From assembly GCA_037441385.1 (NCBI GenBank), contig JBBISH010000031.1, forward strand, positions 1-52,880: 52,880 nucleotides of DNA. The letters are read 5' to 3'. Made by a program: the position numbers and the translations under genes. Positions 19,157 through 29,256 of this stretch are shown piece after piece. This DNA comes from Myxococcales bacterium. GTDB taxonomy: Bacteria; Myxococcota_A; UBA9042. Positions within the stretch are counted from its first letter, which is position 1, and each line of letters begins with the position of its first letter. The notes beneath the pieces were generated by a model, which was given only the letters and a program-made list of their open reading frames with translations, was not told the origin of the DNA and ran no database searches.

Positions 19157-20200
19157 CTAGCCGTCCAAGCGTGCCAGGCGCTGCGCCAGCGCGCTGACCA
19201 CCGGGGCTGGCCGCGGTCCCAGCGCCGAACTGGCCAGAGACTCGAACGCCGCCAATTCCTTGGCCAATAGCGCTTGCGCCGAGCGGGCACCGTCGCGGCT
19301 GCGCACCCATTGCACCCAACCGGCCACTTCCGCGTCGGCCATCGGCGCATGCTCGTCGGCCGTGGCGAGCCGCTGCACCAGATCGGCAAATCCCGTGGGG
19401 TCCTGCTCGCCGGCCAGGATCGCGGGGACCGTCAGCTTGCCTTCGCGGAAGTCGGCGCCCGGCTGGCCGCGGCCCTTCTGACCCAGTAAGTCCAGAAGAT
19501 CATCGCGAATCTGGAAGGCCAGGCCCAAGTGGCGTGCGGCGCGCTGGCAGGTGTGCTGGTTGGCCGCCGGCAGACCGAGCAATACGGCCGAACCCTGAAG
19601 GCAGGCGCCAAAAAGCGGCCCGGTCTTGGCCATGTGCACACCCAGCAGATCCTCAAGCTGCGGCCGCCGCACCGATCGCCAGTCCACGTCGGCCACCTGG
19701 CCGCGGATCGTCTCGACCACTGCGTGCCCAAGCAACTGGGCGAGCTGCGCGCTCACCCCTTGCTCGTGCGGCGGCACGTCCAGCAGCCAGACCAAGGGCG
19801 CCACCAACATGGCGTCGCCAGCGTTGATGGCCTGAGCCACGCCCACCTGCGTCCACAAAGTGGGCGTGCCGCGGCGGTATTCGTCGCCATCTTGCACGTC
19901 GTCGTGGACCAGCGTGCCGTTGTGGACCATCTCGATGGCGGTGCCCAGGCGCAGCGCTGCCGCGGCAGGGCCGCCGCCAGCTTCGACCAAGGCCATCGGC
20001 AGCAGCCCGCGGAGCCGCTTGCCGCCCGTCGCCATGTGCGCAGCGACCATGTCGCCCAACATCGCCCGGCCAATCGCCGCTTGCGGTTCAGTCGTCATGG
20101 CATAAGTAGGCGCCAGGCCGAGCGATCCGGTCCGGCAGGCGTGGCGCAAGGCTTGTTCCAGGGCGGGCAGGTGCGGCGTCAACAGCTCGTCAAAGTTCAT
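19157..20200 (-). CDS. Trans-polyprenyl diphosphate synthase
   Basis: GGKRLR, HNGTLVHDDVQD..RRG, AINAGD, GQ..D, KTG, FQIRDDLLD, DFREGK.T. Confidence 0.93.
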   Translation of the reverse strand: MNFDELLTPHLPALEQALRHACRTGSLGLAPTYAMTTEPQAAIGRAMLGDMVAAHMATGGKRLRGLLPMALVEAGGGPAAAALRLGTAIEMVHNGTLVHDDVQDGDEYRRGTPTLWTQVGVAQAINAGDAMLVAPLVWLLDVPPHEQGVSAQLAQLLGHAVVETIRGQVADVDWRSVRRPQLEDLLGVHMAKTGPLFGACLQGSAVLLGLPAANQHTCQRAARHLGLAFQIRDDLLDLLGQKGRGQPGADFREGKLTVPAILAGEQDPTGFADLVQRLATADEHAPMADAEVAGWVQWVRSRDGARSAQALLAKELAAFESLASSALGPRPAPVVSALAQRLARLDG

Positions 20201-20207
20201 CTTGGAC

Positions 20208-21161
20208 CTACTCTGCGCTCGGCGCGGCCAGGTCGGCAGGCAATTCTGCGACGACCAGCCGTCCAGTTGCTCGCCAAGCCACTGCCGCGGCTTGCACTGC
20301 CTCGGGAGAACCGCAGGCCAGCACGCAATCGCCACCGCCTGCGCCCGACGTGCGCGCCACCAGACTGTGTTCACGGCAGAACTGGCGCGTCCTTTGCAGC
20401 GCAGGTGGCAGCAGGTCGGGCACGCGAACTGCCGCCACATCCAGCGCTTTCTCGCAGTGATCGAGCGCCGCCACCAGGGTCTTGGGCGACGCCACCGGCC
20501 AGAGCGCCAGCAACTCGCGGGCCGCCGCATCGATGGCTTGCAGCGACTCGCCCATCGCCACCACCCGCGCCAGGGCCGGGGCTGTCGCCGCCGCCTCGCC
20601 CGTAAAGAACGCAGCCATCGCAAGGCCTTGTGGCCAGTCCAGCGGCTGAACTGTATCGCCGTGGCGATCAAAGGCCAAACAACCGCCGTGGGCGATGGTC
20701 GTGACGTCGTACCCGCTACCGGCGCCTTGGACTTGCCGATGCACCACCCGTGCCAGCCTGGCCACTTCGTCAGCCCCGGGCTGCAGGCCAGCCAAAGTCG
20801 CCAGCCCACGCAGCGTCGCCACCGTGACCGCGGCGCTGGTGCCGAGCCCCACTTTCTTGCCGTCTTGACTGCCGTGGACCTGCAACAAGAGCGCCCGATC
20901 GACCCGGACATTCCACGCTTGGCCGGCGGCCTGCTGGGCGGCAAAGGCGAACTGCCCCAGGCCAGGGCCATCCACGTTGCCATCCAGCCGCGTGCCAAAG
21001 GCATCCAACCACACGCCGGGCGGTCCCGCTTCGGCCACGGCCCGGACAAGACGTCCCACCGCCACGGCGATGCACACGCCACCAGGGCGCAACACTGCGT
21101 ATTCGCCGGCGATCATCAACTTGCCCGGCACATCAAACAGCACTGGCCGATCAGCCTGCAT
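20208..21161 (-). CDS. Phosphomevalonate kinase (GHMP family)
   Basis: PGKLMIAGEYAVL, KVGLGTSAA, GSGYD, SGAGGGDC; lies in the MVA operon. Confidence 0.88.
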   Translation of the reverse strand: MQADRPVLFDVPGKLMIAGEYAVLRPGGVCIAVAVGRLVRAVAEAGPPGVWLDAFGTRLDGNVDGPGLGQFAFAAQQAAGQAWNVRVDRALLLQVHGSQDGKKVGLGTSAAVTVATLRGLATLAGLQPGADEVARLARVVHRQVQGAGSGYDVTTIAHGGCLAFDRHGDTVQPLDWPQGLAMAAFFTGEAAATAPALARVVAMGESLQAIDAAARELLALWPVASPKTLVAALDHCEKALDVAAVRVPDLLPPALQRTRQFCREHSLVARTSGAGGGDCVLACGSPEAVQAAAVAWRATGRLVVAELPADLAAPSAE

Positions 21162-22146
21162 CGCCCACCAACCGGGCGCCGCCGCCCACTCGCGTCTGCA
21201 GCACTTCTTCGATACCGGGCACCGAGGCCAGTTCGTCCGAAACCGCCCGCGCATCCTGAGCTTCGCACAGCACCACCACCGAACTGCCGGCATCGATGGT
21301 AAAGCAGCATTCCGCGCCCTCGTCGCGCAGCCGGCGCACCGCATGGATCAGCGCCACGGTGGGTGCCTGCCAGTACAGCAGCGGCGGACGGTTGGCCATC
21401 ATGGTGGCGTGCATGGCCAGCGCGTTGCCTTCTACCACCTCGGCCAGGGCACGCATGTTCTTGTCGCGCAGCGCATTTTGGCACGCAACCACGTCGCGCT
21501 GACACTGATCGATCCAGGCATTGAAGAGCGGCGACGTGCCCGCCGCGTTCATCTTCATGCCCTGCGTCGAGCTCACCTTCTTCTTCTGATCGGCCACGAC
21601 GGCAACCAAGATCTTGAGCGGCCAGTGCTCACTGTCGAACACCCGCTCGGCGTAACTGTCGTTGCCGTCTTGCGATTCGCCCGCGTGCCACAGCACATAG
21701 CCGCCCGCCACCGACCGTGCGGCCGACCCTGACCCCGTGCGCGCCAGCACGGACAGCTCGCGCTCGCTCAGGTCCAGTCCATAGGCCTTGCTGGCCGCGA
21801 CCGCCAGCGCCGCAAACGCCGAGGCCGAGCTGGCCAGACCGCGCGCGGTGGGCACGGTGTTCACCGAACGCAGCCCCGCTTTGACCTGGGTCCCCGCGCG
21901 TTGGCGAATCACGTCGAGCACGCGCCGCACCTTGGTCATGCCGGCCGGGTCCAGCTCCTGATCGTCCACCATCATCACGTCTTCGCTGAGGTCGGGGTTG
22001 GGCGCCACCACGGTCAGTGTGCCCAGCTCGGCCAGCGTTACCGAAAGGGATGGCGCCAGCGGCAGATTCAGGACGTGGTCGCGCTTGCCCCAATACTTGG
22101 TCAAGGCGATGTTCGACGGGGCGAAGGCTGCGGCACGTTGGAGCAT
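21151..22146 (-). CDS. mvaD: Diphosphomevalonate decarboxylase
   Basis: SNIALTKYWGK, PTARGLASSAS, RTGSGSAARS, SSTQGM, FTIDAG. Confidence 0.95.
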   Translation of the reverse strand: MLQRAAAFAPSNIALTKYWGKRDHVLNLPLAPSLSVTLAELGTLTVVAPNPDLSEDVMMVDDQELDPAGMTKVRRVLDVIRQRAGTQVKAGLRSVNTVPTARGLASSASAFAALAVAASKAYGLDLSERELSVLARTGSGSAARSVAGGYVLWHAGESQDGNDSYAERVFDSEHWPLKILVAVVADQKKKVSSTQGMKMNAAGTSPLFNAWIDQCQRDVVACQNALRDKNMRALAEVVEGNALAMHATMMANRPPLLYWQAPTVALIHAVRRLRDEGAECCFTIDAGSSVVVLCEAQDARAVSDELASVPGIEEVLQTRVGGGARLVGDAG

Positions 22147-22165
22147 GGTCAGTCCTTTGGGTAGG

Positions 22166-23119
22166 TCACCGGGATGGGGTGCTGGGCTCGGCGGCTTGCC
22201 CGGGCGCGTGATCCGTCTGCGAGTCAGGCCGGACCACGGGCGAGATCCAGCTGGACCAGCCCTGGTGGGCGACGGCGTTTCGCGCGTGGTGGGCGCGGTC
22301 GGCGTCGGCAAACAGGCCCAAGGTCACGCCGCCCAAGCCCGCGCCGCTGGATTTGCTGGCCAGTGCGCCCGCTTCCAACAGGAGCGCACGGCAGACTTGC
22401 AGAGGTTCATTCACGATCCCAAGCGGATCCAGTGCCTCGCCGGCCAAGCGCAAGGCTGCGGCCAACTGATCCAAGCGGCCCGATTGCAGGGCCTCGGCGG
22501 CAGTCTCTGCTGCTCGGGTCACGCTCGCGAGCAGCGTGTGCCGGCGCAGATCGCCCATTGCCTCGCGGGCTTGCTTGGCCATGTCGATGGCGGTCCGGGT
22601 CGGCTGGCCCTGGCCCACGTCCACCACCAGCCACTGCGCCGGGGCCAACTCGGCATGAATGCTCGGCTGGCTCAGGACGGCACCCTGTTGGAACAGCACG
22701 GCCGTCCCCCCGGCCGCCGCCGCTGCCGGATCCAAACCCGACGATTTGCCGTGCACCAGTGCTTCCAAATCCCTTGCCCGCTGGGCCACTTCGCGGGTGT
22801 CCAGCTCGTCCGGGTGCTGCAGCGCATGGGCCGCCCGCACCAGCGCCACCGCCAGCGCCGCCGACGAGCCGAGTCCGCGCCGAATCGGCACATTCGAGGC
22901 AATCGACGCCCGCAGCGGCGTCTGCCACGCCACTTGCTCCAGCGCCGAACGCAGCATCTGCTGGGCTTGCGCATCCGCCGGCCACTCATCCGATTCCGCT
23001 GGCGTCAACTCCACTTGCGTGTGCAGCTGCGGCAGGCCGATTGCCAACGCCCGCGCGCCGTCGAGCACCCAATGCTCGCCGACCAAGATCAGCTTGGCAT
23101 GGCCCAGGCCCAGCGCCAC
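22166..23119 (-). CDS. mvk: Mevalonate kinase
   Basis: AKLILVGEH, PIRRGLGSSAA, HGKSSGLD, SGAGLGG. Confidence 0.9.
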   Translation of the reverse strand: MALGLGHAKLILVGEHWVLDGARALAIGLPQLHTQVELTPAESDEWPADAQAQQMLRSALEQVAWQTPLRASIASNVPIRRGLGSSAALAVALVRAAHALQHPDELDTREVAQRARDLEALVHGKSSGLDPAAAAAGGTAVLFQQGAVLSQPSIHAELAPAQWLVVDVGQGQPTRTAIDMAKQAREAMGDLRRHTLLASVTRAAETAAEALQSGRLDQLAAALRLAGEALDPLGIVNEPLQVCRALLLEAGALASKSSGAGLGGVTLGLFADADRAHHARNAVAHQGWSSWISPVVRPDSQTDHAPGQAAEPSTPSR

Positions 23120-24193
23120 CTACAGACTCCGCAGGGCCGTATCGACCACGGGCGTGTGCGCCAGCTGGTGCAGGTCAGGCGCCCCGGTCAAGAACATCAC
23201 CACGCGCAGGGTCTCGATCACGCCCTCGATCTCGGTGACGACTGCGTCCACGCCCTGGTGCGCTGCCCTCAAGAACGGCCAAGCCATCGCGCACGCGTCC
23301 GCGCCCAGCGCAAGGCAGCGCGCCACGTCCAGACCTGTTCGCAGACCGCCCGACCCGATGACCAAGCGGTTTTGCAGCGCCGCCCGTGCCAGCCGGATCG
23401 AGTCGGCCGTCGACGTGCCGAATCCGGCCAGAACTTCGCCGGCGATGGCCCGCGGTGTCCGTTCGGTGTGACGCAAGCTCTCGATCCGCGCCCAGGAAGT
23501 GCCGCCCACGCCTGCGGTTTCCACGCCCGCAATCCCCAGACTGCGCAGCCTCTGCAGCGACTGGGCGCCCAGGCCCATGCCCACTTCCTTGATGACGATC
23601 GGGGTGCTGCTCGACGCAGCGACTTCGGCCAAGGCATCGTGGATACCTCGCCAGTCGCGGTCGCCTTCGGGCTGAATCGCCTCTTGCAGCGGGTTGAGGT
23701 GCACCATCATCGCGTCGGCGCCCACAGCCCGCGCCAACTGGTCCAGGTCGGCGCCCGACAGGTGATCGCGCAGCTGAATCGCGCCGATATTGCCAAACAG
23801 CAGCGTGGTGGGCGCCACATCGCGCATGGCGAAGGTGGCGATGCTCTCGGCCGCCAGGTCCAGCATTGGCCGCTGGCTGCCCAAACAAAACCCCACGCCG
23901 CAACGCTCGGCCGCCTCGGCCAGGATGCGATTGATTTGACCGGCTTGGGCGTTGCCGCCCGTCATCGCGCCCACCAGCAGCGGCGCTCGCAGGGGCTTGC
24001 CCAGCACGGTGCACGCCGTAGACACCTGCTCCAGGTCCAGCTCGGGCAACGAAAGTGCCTCGAAGCTTAGGTGTTCCAGGCCACTGGTCGGCCCAGGCCG
24101 CTGGGTGCGCTCGTCGTACGCGGCAATGCGCAGGTGATCGCCCTTTCGGTCGCCGTTGGTCGGTTCGCCTGCGGTCTCCGTCGAATCTGCCAT
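23120..24193 (-). CDS. fni: Type 2 (FMN-dependent) isopentenyl-diphosphate delta-isomerase
   Basis: RKGDHL, AMTGG, GSQR, NIG, HLNPLQEAIQPEGD, KEVG.G, GGTSW, SGGLRTG. Confidence 0.96.
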   Translation of the reverse strand: MADSTETAGEPTNGDRKGDHLRIAAYDERTQRPGPTSGLEHLSFEALSLPELDLEQVSTACTVLGKPLRAPLLVGAMTGGNAQAGQINRILAEAAERCGVGFCLGSQRPMLDLAAESIATFAMRDVAPTTLLFGNIGAIQLRDHLSGADLDQLARAVGADAMMVHLNPLQEAIQPEGDRDWRGIHDALAEVAASSSTPIVIKEVGMGLGAQSLQRLRSLGIAGVETAGVGGTSWARIESLRHTERTPRAIAGEVLAGFGTSTADSIRLARAALQNRLVIGSGGLRTGLDVARCLALGADACAMAWPFLRAAHQGVDAVVTEIEGVIETLRVVMFLTGAPDLHQLAHTPVVDTALRSL

Positions 24194-24297
24194 GGCTTCA
24201 GGCCTCCACCCAGACCGGGGCGCGCAAGGATCGCCGACGCTGGCCACGGGCGCAAGTGCGGGTGGCGCGGTGCACGGAATTGCCGCACACTTTCGCC

Positions 24298-25497
24298 ATG
24301 CGCTTGACTCTGCTTGTTGCCGCCATCGCCATTTTGCTCCCGGCGGTGGCTGCCGCGCACCCGATCGACGAAGTGGTATCGCAAGCGCTGATCGATCTGC
24401 AGAGTCGCGACGCCGTCACCTTCGAGGCCACGGTGTTCTTGGACCGGCGGCACATCGAGGGCTATGCCCAAGTCCTTGAGCGCATGGGCCTGCCGGCCGA
24501 GGACAACCTGGACACGCTGACGATGACGATCTCGCACGCCTTTCGCTTTGGCGACTGCGCCGTGCAGCAGCGTCCGCCGGGCCAGCGAAGTACCCAGAAG
24601 GCCGCCGGCGGCTGGGTGGGATTTCACTTCACACTGAAATGTCCTGGTCCGCAAGGCGAATTGACGCTACATCGCGAGCAGTACAGCCGCGACAAGACCC
24701 GCACCACCTTGCTCTGGACCGTGTCGATCGCCGGTCGTGAGCAAGTCGAGGCGTTGGTCCCGCCGCACCTGCAGAGCCTGACCCTGGCATTGGACGGTTC
24801 GGGGCTGGTCCGCGGCGAGCGAGGGAAGCGACTAAGTCCCTACAGAGACAGCGCTTCCGGGGTCAGCCCGGCCGACCCGACTACCGGCGCCCAGATGCTC
24901 GCCGAGCAGGGGCGCGCCCGCCAACTGCCGCCGGTCGACATCTTGAGTCTCTGGGCGCAAGAAGGGGCGCTGCACCTGGCCACTGGGCCGGATCACCTTT
25001 TGTTTCTGCTGACTTTGGTGATCGGTGCCAGCGGCTGGACCGGGCTGCTGGCCGGCGTCACCGGGTTCTCGTTGGGCCATATGACGTCGATGGCCGTGTC
25101 GCTGTGGTTCGATTGGCCGCCCGTGCCGCTGCTCGACGTGGTGATCGGCGGAACGATTGCGCTTTCGGCCTGGCAGGGCCGGCGCGTGCGCGGCCTGGCA
25201 ACGGTGCGGCTGGCGGCGACCAGTGTGGCCTTTGGCCTGATCCACGGGCTGGGATTCGGCACAGGTCTCAAGCACTTGACTGTGGGGGGCGCCAACTTGT
25301 GGTGGCCGCTGCTCAGCTTTGGCCTGGGCTTGGACATGGCCCAAACGGTCTGGGTTGCCTTGGGGGCGCTGCTGTGGAAGGCGGCCCCGCGGCAGCAGAA
25401 TCCGGAAACGTGGCAGCTGAGCGCCGCCCGCACGCTGATGGCCGCTGGCGCAGTGGCGGGGATCTACGCGCTGGTAAGCGACCTGCTCGGGGCCTGA
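24298..25497 (+). CDS. HupE/UreJ family membrane protein with N-terminal extension
   Basis: Signal peptide ending AAAH; G..H..TGPDHLLFL, F..GH, FGLIHGLGF. Confidence 0.85.
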   Translation: MRLTLLVAAIAILLPAVAAAHPIDEVVSQALIDLQSRDAVTFEATVFLDRRHIEGYAQVLERMGLPAEDNLDTLTMTISHAFRFGDCAVQQRPPGQRSTQKAAGGWVGFHFTLKCPGPQGELTLHREQYSRDKTRTTLLWTVSIAGREQVEALVPPHLQSLTLALDGSGLVRGERGKRLSPYRDSASGVSPADPTTGAQMLAEQGRARQLPPVDILSLWAQEGALHLATGPDHLLFLLTLVIGASGWTGLLAGVTGFSLGHMTSMAVSLWFDWPPVPLLDVVIGGTIALSAWQGRRVRGLATVRLAATSVAFGLIHGLGFGTGLKHLTVGGANLWWPLLSFGLGLDMAQTVWVALGALLWKAAPRQQNPETWQLSAARTLMAAGAVAGIYALVSDLLGA

Positions 25498-28182
25498 TTA
25501 CGCTTGCGGCGCTGGCTCTTGCGGCGCGGGCACGATCGCCAGCTCCACGCCGGTCTCGCCCACTGCGACCCAGTCCAGGCCCTCGGGCTGCTGCTGATCG
25601 AACCCCTCGGCGCGCGACGCGGCGAGCCAGTCGGCCTGCACCAGCTTGAAGCCGCTCAGCTTGTCCAGGTCGCCGCGCAGGTGGATGGCCTGCAGGGGCC
25701 GCCCGCCGCCGATCTTGCCCGCCGTGCGCGCTGCCCGCACCGCGGCGATGAGATCGAGCAAGGTCTGCCCGTGGCCCATGATCTCGGCGGTGGGGTAGCT
25801 GCCAAACACGTCGATGGTGCCGCTCTCGTCTTGCGGCCACGGCGCAATGTGCAGCGAAGCCGGGGCCTTGTCGCCCAGCCACCCCTTGATGGTGCGGCTG
25901 TAGAGCTCTTCGGTGATGAACGGCAGCACGGGGGCGAACAGACGCAGCAGCGTCCAGGTGCCCCACAGCAGCGTCTGGCGGCCAGCCTCGATCTCGCCCG
26001 CGCTGAAGCGGGTGCCCTCCTTGAAGCGATCCTTGACGATCTCCAAGTAGTTGTCGCACCAGTCGCCCCAGAAGAACGTCTCGCTCGCGCGCAGCGCCCG
26101 GCTGTACTCGTAGTGCTCAAAGCCGGTGGTCGCTTCGGCCACGCACTGCTGCAACTTGCCGCGCACCCACAGGTCGGCGGCGGTCGGCGTCTCGGCCACT
26201 TGGCCGGGCTGCCAGTCGCTGAGGTACATCAGCGCAAACCGTGTTGAATTCCACAGCTTGGTCAGCAAACGCCGGCCGCCCTTCACGTCCTCTTCCAGGT
26301 AGCGCAGGTCGTTGCCCAGCGACGCGCCCGCCGCCCAGTAGCGCAGCGAGTCGGCGCCATACTTGCCGATCACTTCGGCCGGATCGACAAAGTTGCCGGC
26401 GCGCTTGCTCATTTTCTTGCCGTGGCGATCCAGGCCCCAGCCCGAGATCATCACATCTTTCCACGGCAGCGAGTCGGTGTGCAGGTGTCCTTTGGCCACG
26501 GTGTAGAACAGCCAAGTACGGATGATCTCGTGGGCTTGCACGCGCACGCCGGCCGGATAGATCTCGGGCCGCGGCTGATCCTGGATCGGCTTCTGCTCGG
26601 CGTCGCGGTCGTTCCACATCGCCCAGTTGGCGTTGATCAGCGGCGTGAGCGACGAGGTCATCCAGGTGTCCATCACGTCGGGCTCGGGCCGGCTGTCTTG
26701 GCTGCCGCACTTGGGGCAGGCCTTGGTGCAGGCGGTCATGGTCGGGTCGACCGGCAACTGGTCCTGGTCGGCAAAGATCGGCGTGTCGCAGCCGTTGCAG
26801 AACCAGACCGGGAAGGGCACGCCGTAGAAGCGCTGGCGCGAAATGTTCCAATCCCAGCGCAGGTTTTCGACCCATTGGTCGTAGCGCTCGCGCATGAACT
26901 CGGGGTACCAGTTCAGCTCGCGGCCGCGCGCCAGCAGCGGCTCCTTTAGGTCCAGCAGGCGGATGAACCACTGCGGCGCCACCTGAATTTCCACCGGCGT
27001 GCTGCAGCGCTCGTGCAGGCTGGCGCGCGACACGTTGTCCTTGATGCCCAGCAAGTAGCCATGCTCACGCAGCAATTCCACCGCCGCCAGCCGCGCTTCG
27101 CTGTAGGTGGGCGAGCCCTTGGCCGCCACGTGCACGCGGGCGTTGTTCAGGGTCGGCAGGTTCGGCGTCACCATCCGCCCGTGCGGGTCCAGGATCAGCA
27201 CGGTCTCTAGCTGGTGCTTGCGCCACTTCTGGATGTCCTCGGGGTCGCCAAAGGTGCAGACCATCATCAGGCCGCTGCCGAACTCGGGATCGACGGTCTC
27301 GTCGAACACCAGCGGAATCGTACGGAACTCCGCTGGATCTTGGGCTTCGCCCGCTTCGTTGGCGCGCAGGTTGGTCAGCGGCACGCGGAAGCGCAGACCC
27401 TTGAGGTGGGCAAAGCGCTTGTCGCTGGGGTGGCAGGCCAGCGCGACGCAGGCCGGCACCAGCTCGGGGCGGGTGGTCTCGATGACGCCTTCGCGGACCG
27501 AATCCGCCGTCGCGGTGCTGGGATCCACGTCAAACCGCACCGCGTGCATCGGTCGATTTTGCTCGTCGCCGGACTCCACGTCGGCCTGGGCCAGCGAGGT
27601 GGCGCACGCTGGGCACCACAGGATCGGGTCCGCGCGTCGCTCCATGCGGCCCTTGCTGACCAGATCCAAGAACGATTGCTGGGCGTTGCGGACCGCGCGC
27701 GGCTGAATGGTCGAGTAGGTCATGCGCCAGTCGACCGACAGGCCCAGGCCGCGCCACAACTGCTCGTAGACCTGCGCACCTTCGCGGGTCTCCTTCAAGC
27801 ACAAGTCCACAAAATCCTTACGTGTAATCTTGCCCTTCTGGATTTTGTACTTTTGCTCTACGTAGCGCTCGGTCGGCAGGCCGTTGTCGTCAAAGCCCAT
27901 GGGGTAGAAGATCTCGTAGCCACGCATGCGCTTGAAACGCACCACGAATTCCGCCTGGGAGTAGCTCATCGCGTGGCCCGTGTGCAGGTGCGCGGCGCTC
28001 ACATACGGCGGCGGCGTGTCGATGGCGTAGGTGCGACCAGCCTTGGCCGCGGCGCTGTCGGGCCGGTAGCGGTACAGGCCCAGCGTTTCCCAGGCCTTGA
28101 CCCAGCGCGGCTCCACTTCTTGATGCTCGTAGTTTTTGGGCAGAGATTCAGCCGGGTTGTTCGACTTGGTCACATCGGTCAT
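25498..28182 (-). CDS. valS: Valine--tRNA ligase (type 2/archaeal-like subfamily)
   Basis: IDTPPPYVS..LHTGH, GFDDNGLPTER, ETTRPE, WNISRQRFYGVPFP, DTWMTSSLTP, QAHEIIRTW, KMSKR. Confidence 0.96.
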   Translation of the reverse strand: MTDVTKSNNPAESLPKNYEHQEVEPRWVKAWETLGLYRYRPDSAAAKAGRTYAIDTPPPYVSAAHLHTGHAMSYSQAEFVVRFKRMRGYEIFYPMGFDDNGLPTERYVEQKYKIQKGKITRKDFVDLCLKETREGAQVYEQLWRGLGLSVDWRMTYSTIQPRAVRNAQQSFLDLVSKGRMERRADPILWCPACATSLAQADVESGDEQNRPMHAVRFDVDPSTATADSVREGVIETTRPELVPACVALACHPSDKRFAHLKGLRFRVPLTNLRANEAGEAQDPAEFRTIPLVFDETVDPEFGSGLMMVCTFGDPEDIQKWRKHQLETVLILDPHGRMVTPNLPTLNNARVHVAAKGSPTYSEARLAAVELLREHGYLLGIKDNVSRASLHERCSTPVEIQVAPQWFIRLLDLKEPLLARGRELNWYPEFMRERYDQWVENLRWDWNISRQRFYGVPFPVWFCNGCDTPIFADQDQLPVDPTMTACTKACPKCGSQDSRPEPDVMDTWMTSSLTPLINANWAMWNDRDAEQKPIQDQPRPEIYPAGVRVQAHEIIRTWLFYTVAKGHLHTDSLPWKDVMISGWGLDRHGKKMSKRAGNFVDPAEVIGKYGADSLRYWAAGASLGNDLRYLEEDVKGGRRLLTKLWNSTRFALMYLSDWQPGQVAETPTAADLWVRGKLQQCVAEATTGFEHYEYSRALRASETFFWGDWCDNYLEIVKDRFKEGTRFSAGEIEAGRQTLLWGTWTLLRLFAPVLPFITEELYSRTIKGWLGDKAPASLHIAPWPQDESGTIDVFGSYPTAEIMGHGQTLLDLIAAVRAARTAGKIGGGRPLQAIHLRGDLDKLSGFKLVQADWLAASRAEGFDQQQPEGLDWVAVGETGVELAIVPAPQEPAPQA

Positions 28183-28308
28183 CGGGTGCTCCGGTGCATG
28201 CTGTGCGGGTACGTTGGGGGCGCGGCGGCGTACCAGCGACGGCCCGGCCAGCCCACCCCGCGGGGGCCAGCAGGCTATCATGCACGCCCGATCCCGCCAA
28301 GCTGGGGC

Positions 28309-29226
28309 CTACTTGCCTGCTTGCACCGCATAGATCGCCGCCGCAAGGGCGCGGACGTAGCGTGCGTAGTCGGTGGGGCCGCGTGGACCGGCTGGCAGCA
28401 CCGCCAACTTGGCGCCTGTCAGACGCGCCACCTGGTCCGAGGCGTTGCGCGGGTAGTACTCCTCTTGCAGCAGCGCCGGCACCCGCGCCGCCTTCAGTTG
28501 GCCGACCACCTTGGCCAAATGGGCAGGATCCGGCGGAATTCCCGGCCGCGGCTCGATCGTCGCCACCTGCTGCAGCCCCAGCCAGTCCAGCAGGTACACG
28601 AGTGAGTCGTGGTACACCGCCACCTGGCGCTGCGCAGCGGGCAAAGCCGCGAATTTCTGACGCTCTTCCGCAGCCAGCGCCCGCAGTTGCTGGGCCAGTC
28701 CCGCGCCGCGCTGGCGGTAGGCGGCAGCGTGTTCCGGGTCCAATTGGCCCAGCGCCGTGGCCAGCCCTTCGGCGATCGCCGCGCCGGCGCGCGGATCCCA
28801 GGAGAAGTGCGGGTTTCCACCCGGGTGGATGTCCCCTTGGGCGCGGTCGACCGACGTGGGCACGCGCAGCTTCTGCACGTAGCGCGACGCGTCGAACGCG
28901 CCCGCCGCACCGGGCAGCAGCTTGGGATTGCGCGCCTGCCGCACCAGCGCTGGCAGCCAGCCCACCTCCAGATCCAAGCCGTTGAACAGCAGCAGATCCG
29001 CCCGGTTCAGGGCGATGACCAGGCTGGGCTTGGCGTCGGCGTAGTGTGGATCCTGGTTGGGCGCCAGCAGCGCTTCCACATCCGCGTCGCCGCCCGCCAC
29101 CTCGCGCGCCAACTGCGCCAACGTGGGCAAAGTCGCCACCACCCGTGGGTGCGCCGCAAGGGCGGGCAGGGCGGCCAACAGCGTCGCCAGACTGGCGGCG
29201 ATCAGCATCGAACGAAGGAACATCAT
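28309..29226 (-). CDS. Metal (Zn/Mn) ABC transporter substrate-binding protein
   Basis: QDPHY..KPS, NGLDLEVGWLP, GDIHPGGNPH, YH, IEPRPGIPP. Confidence 0.92.
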   Translation of the reverse strand: MMFLRSMLIAASLATLLAALPALAAHPRVVATLPTLAQLAREVAGGDADVEALLAPNQDPHYADAKPSLVIALNRADLLLFNGLDLEVGWLPALVRQARNPKLLPGAAGAFDASRYVQKLRVPTSVDRAQGDIHPGGNPHFSWDPRAGAAIAEGLATALGQLDPEHAAAYRQRGAGLAQQLRALAAEERQKFAALPAAQRQVAVYHDSLVYLLDWLGLQQVATIEPRPGIPPDPAHLAKVVGQLKAARVPALLQEEYYPRNASDQVARLTGAKLAVLPAGPRGPTDYARYVRALAAAIYAVQAGK

Positions 29227-29256
29227 GGGGGAATCCTAGAGCGCGTCGCTCGCTCG

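Noticed and set aside
28661..28672. Second adapter remnant (GCTCTTCCG)
   Set aside because: The match stops at 9 nt (next bases CAG, not ATCT) and the protein reads normally
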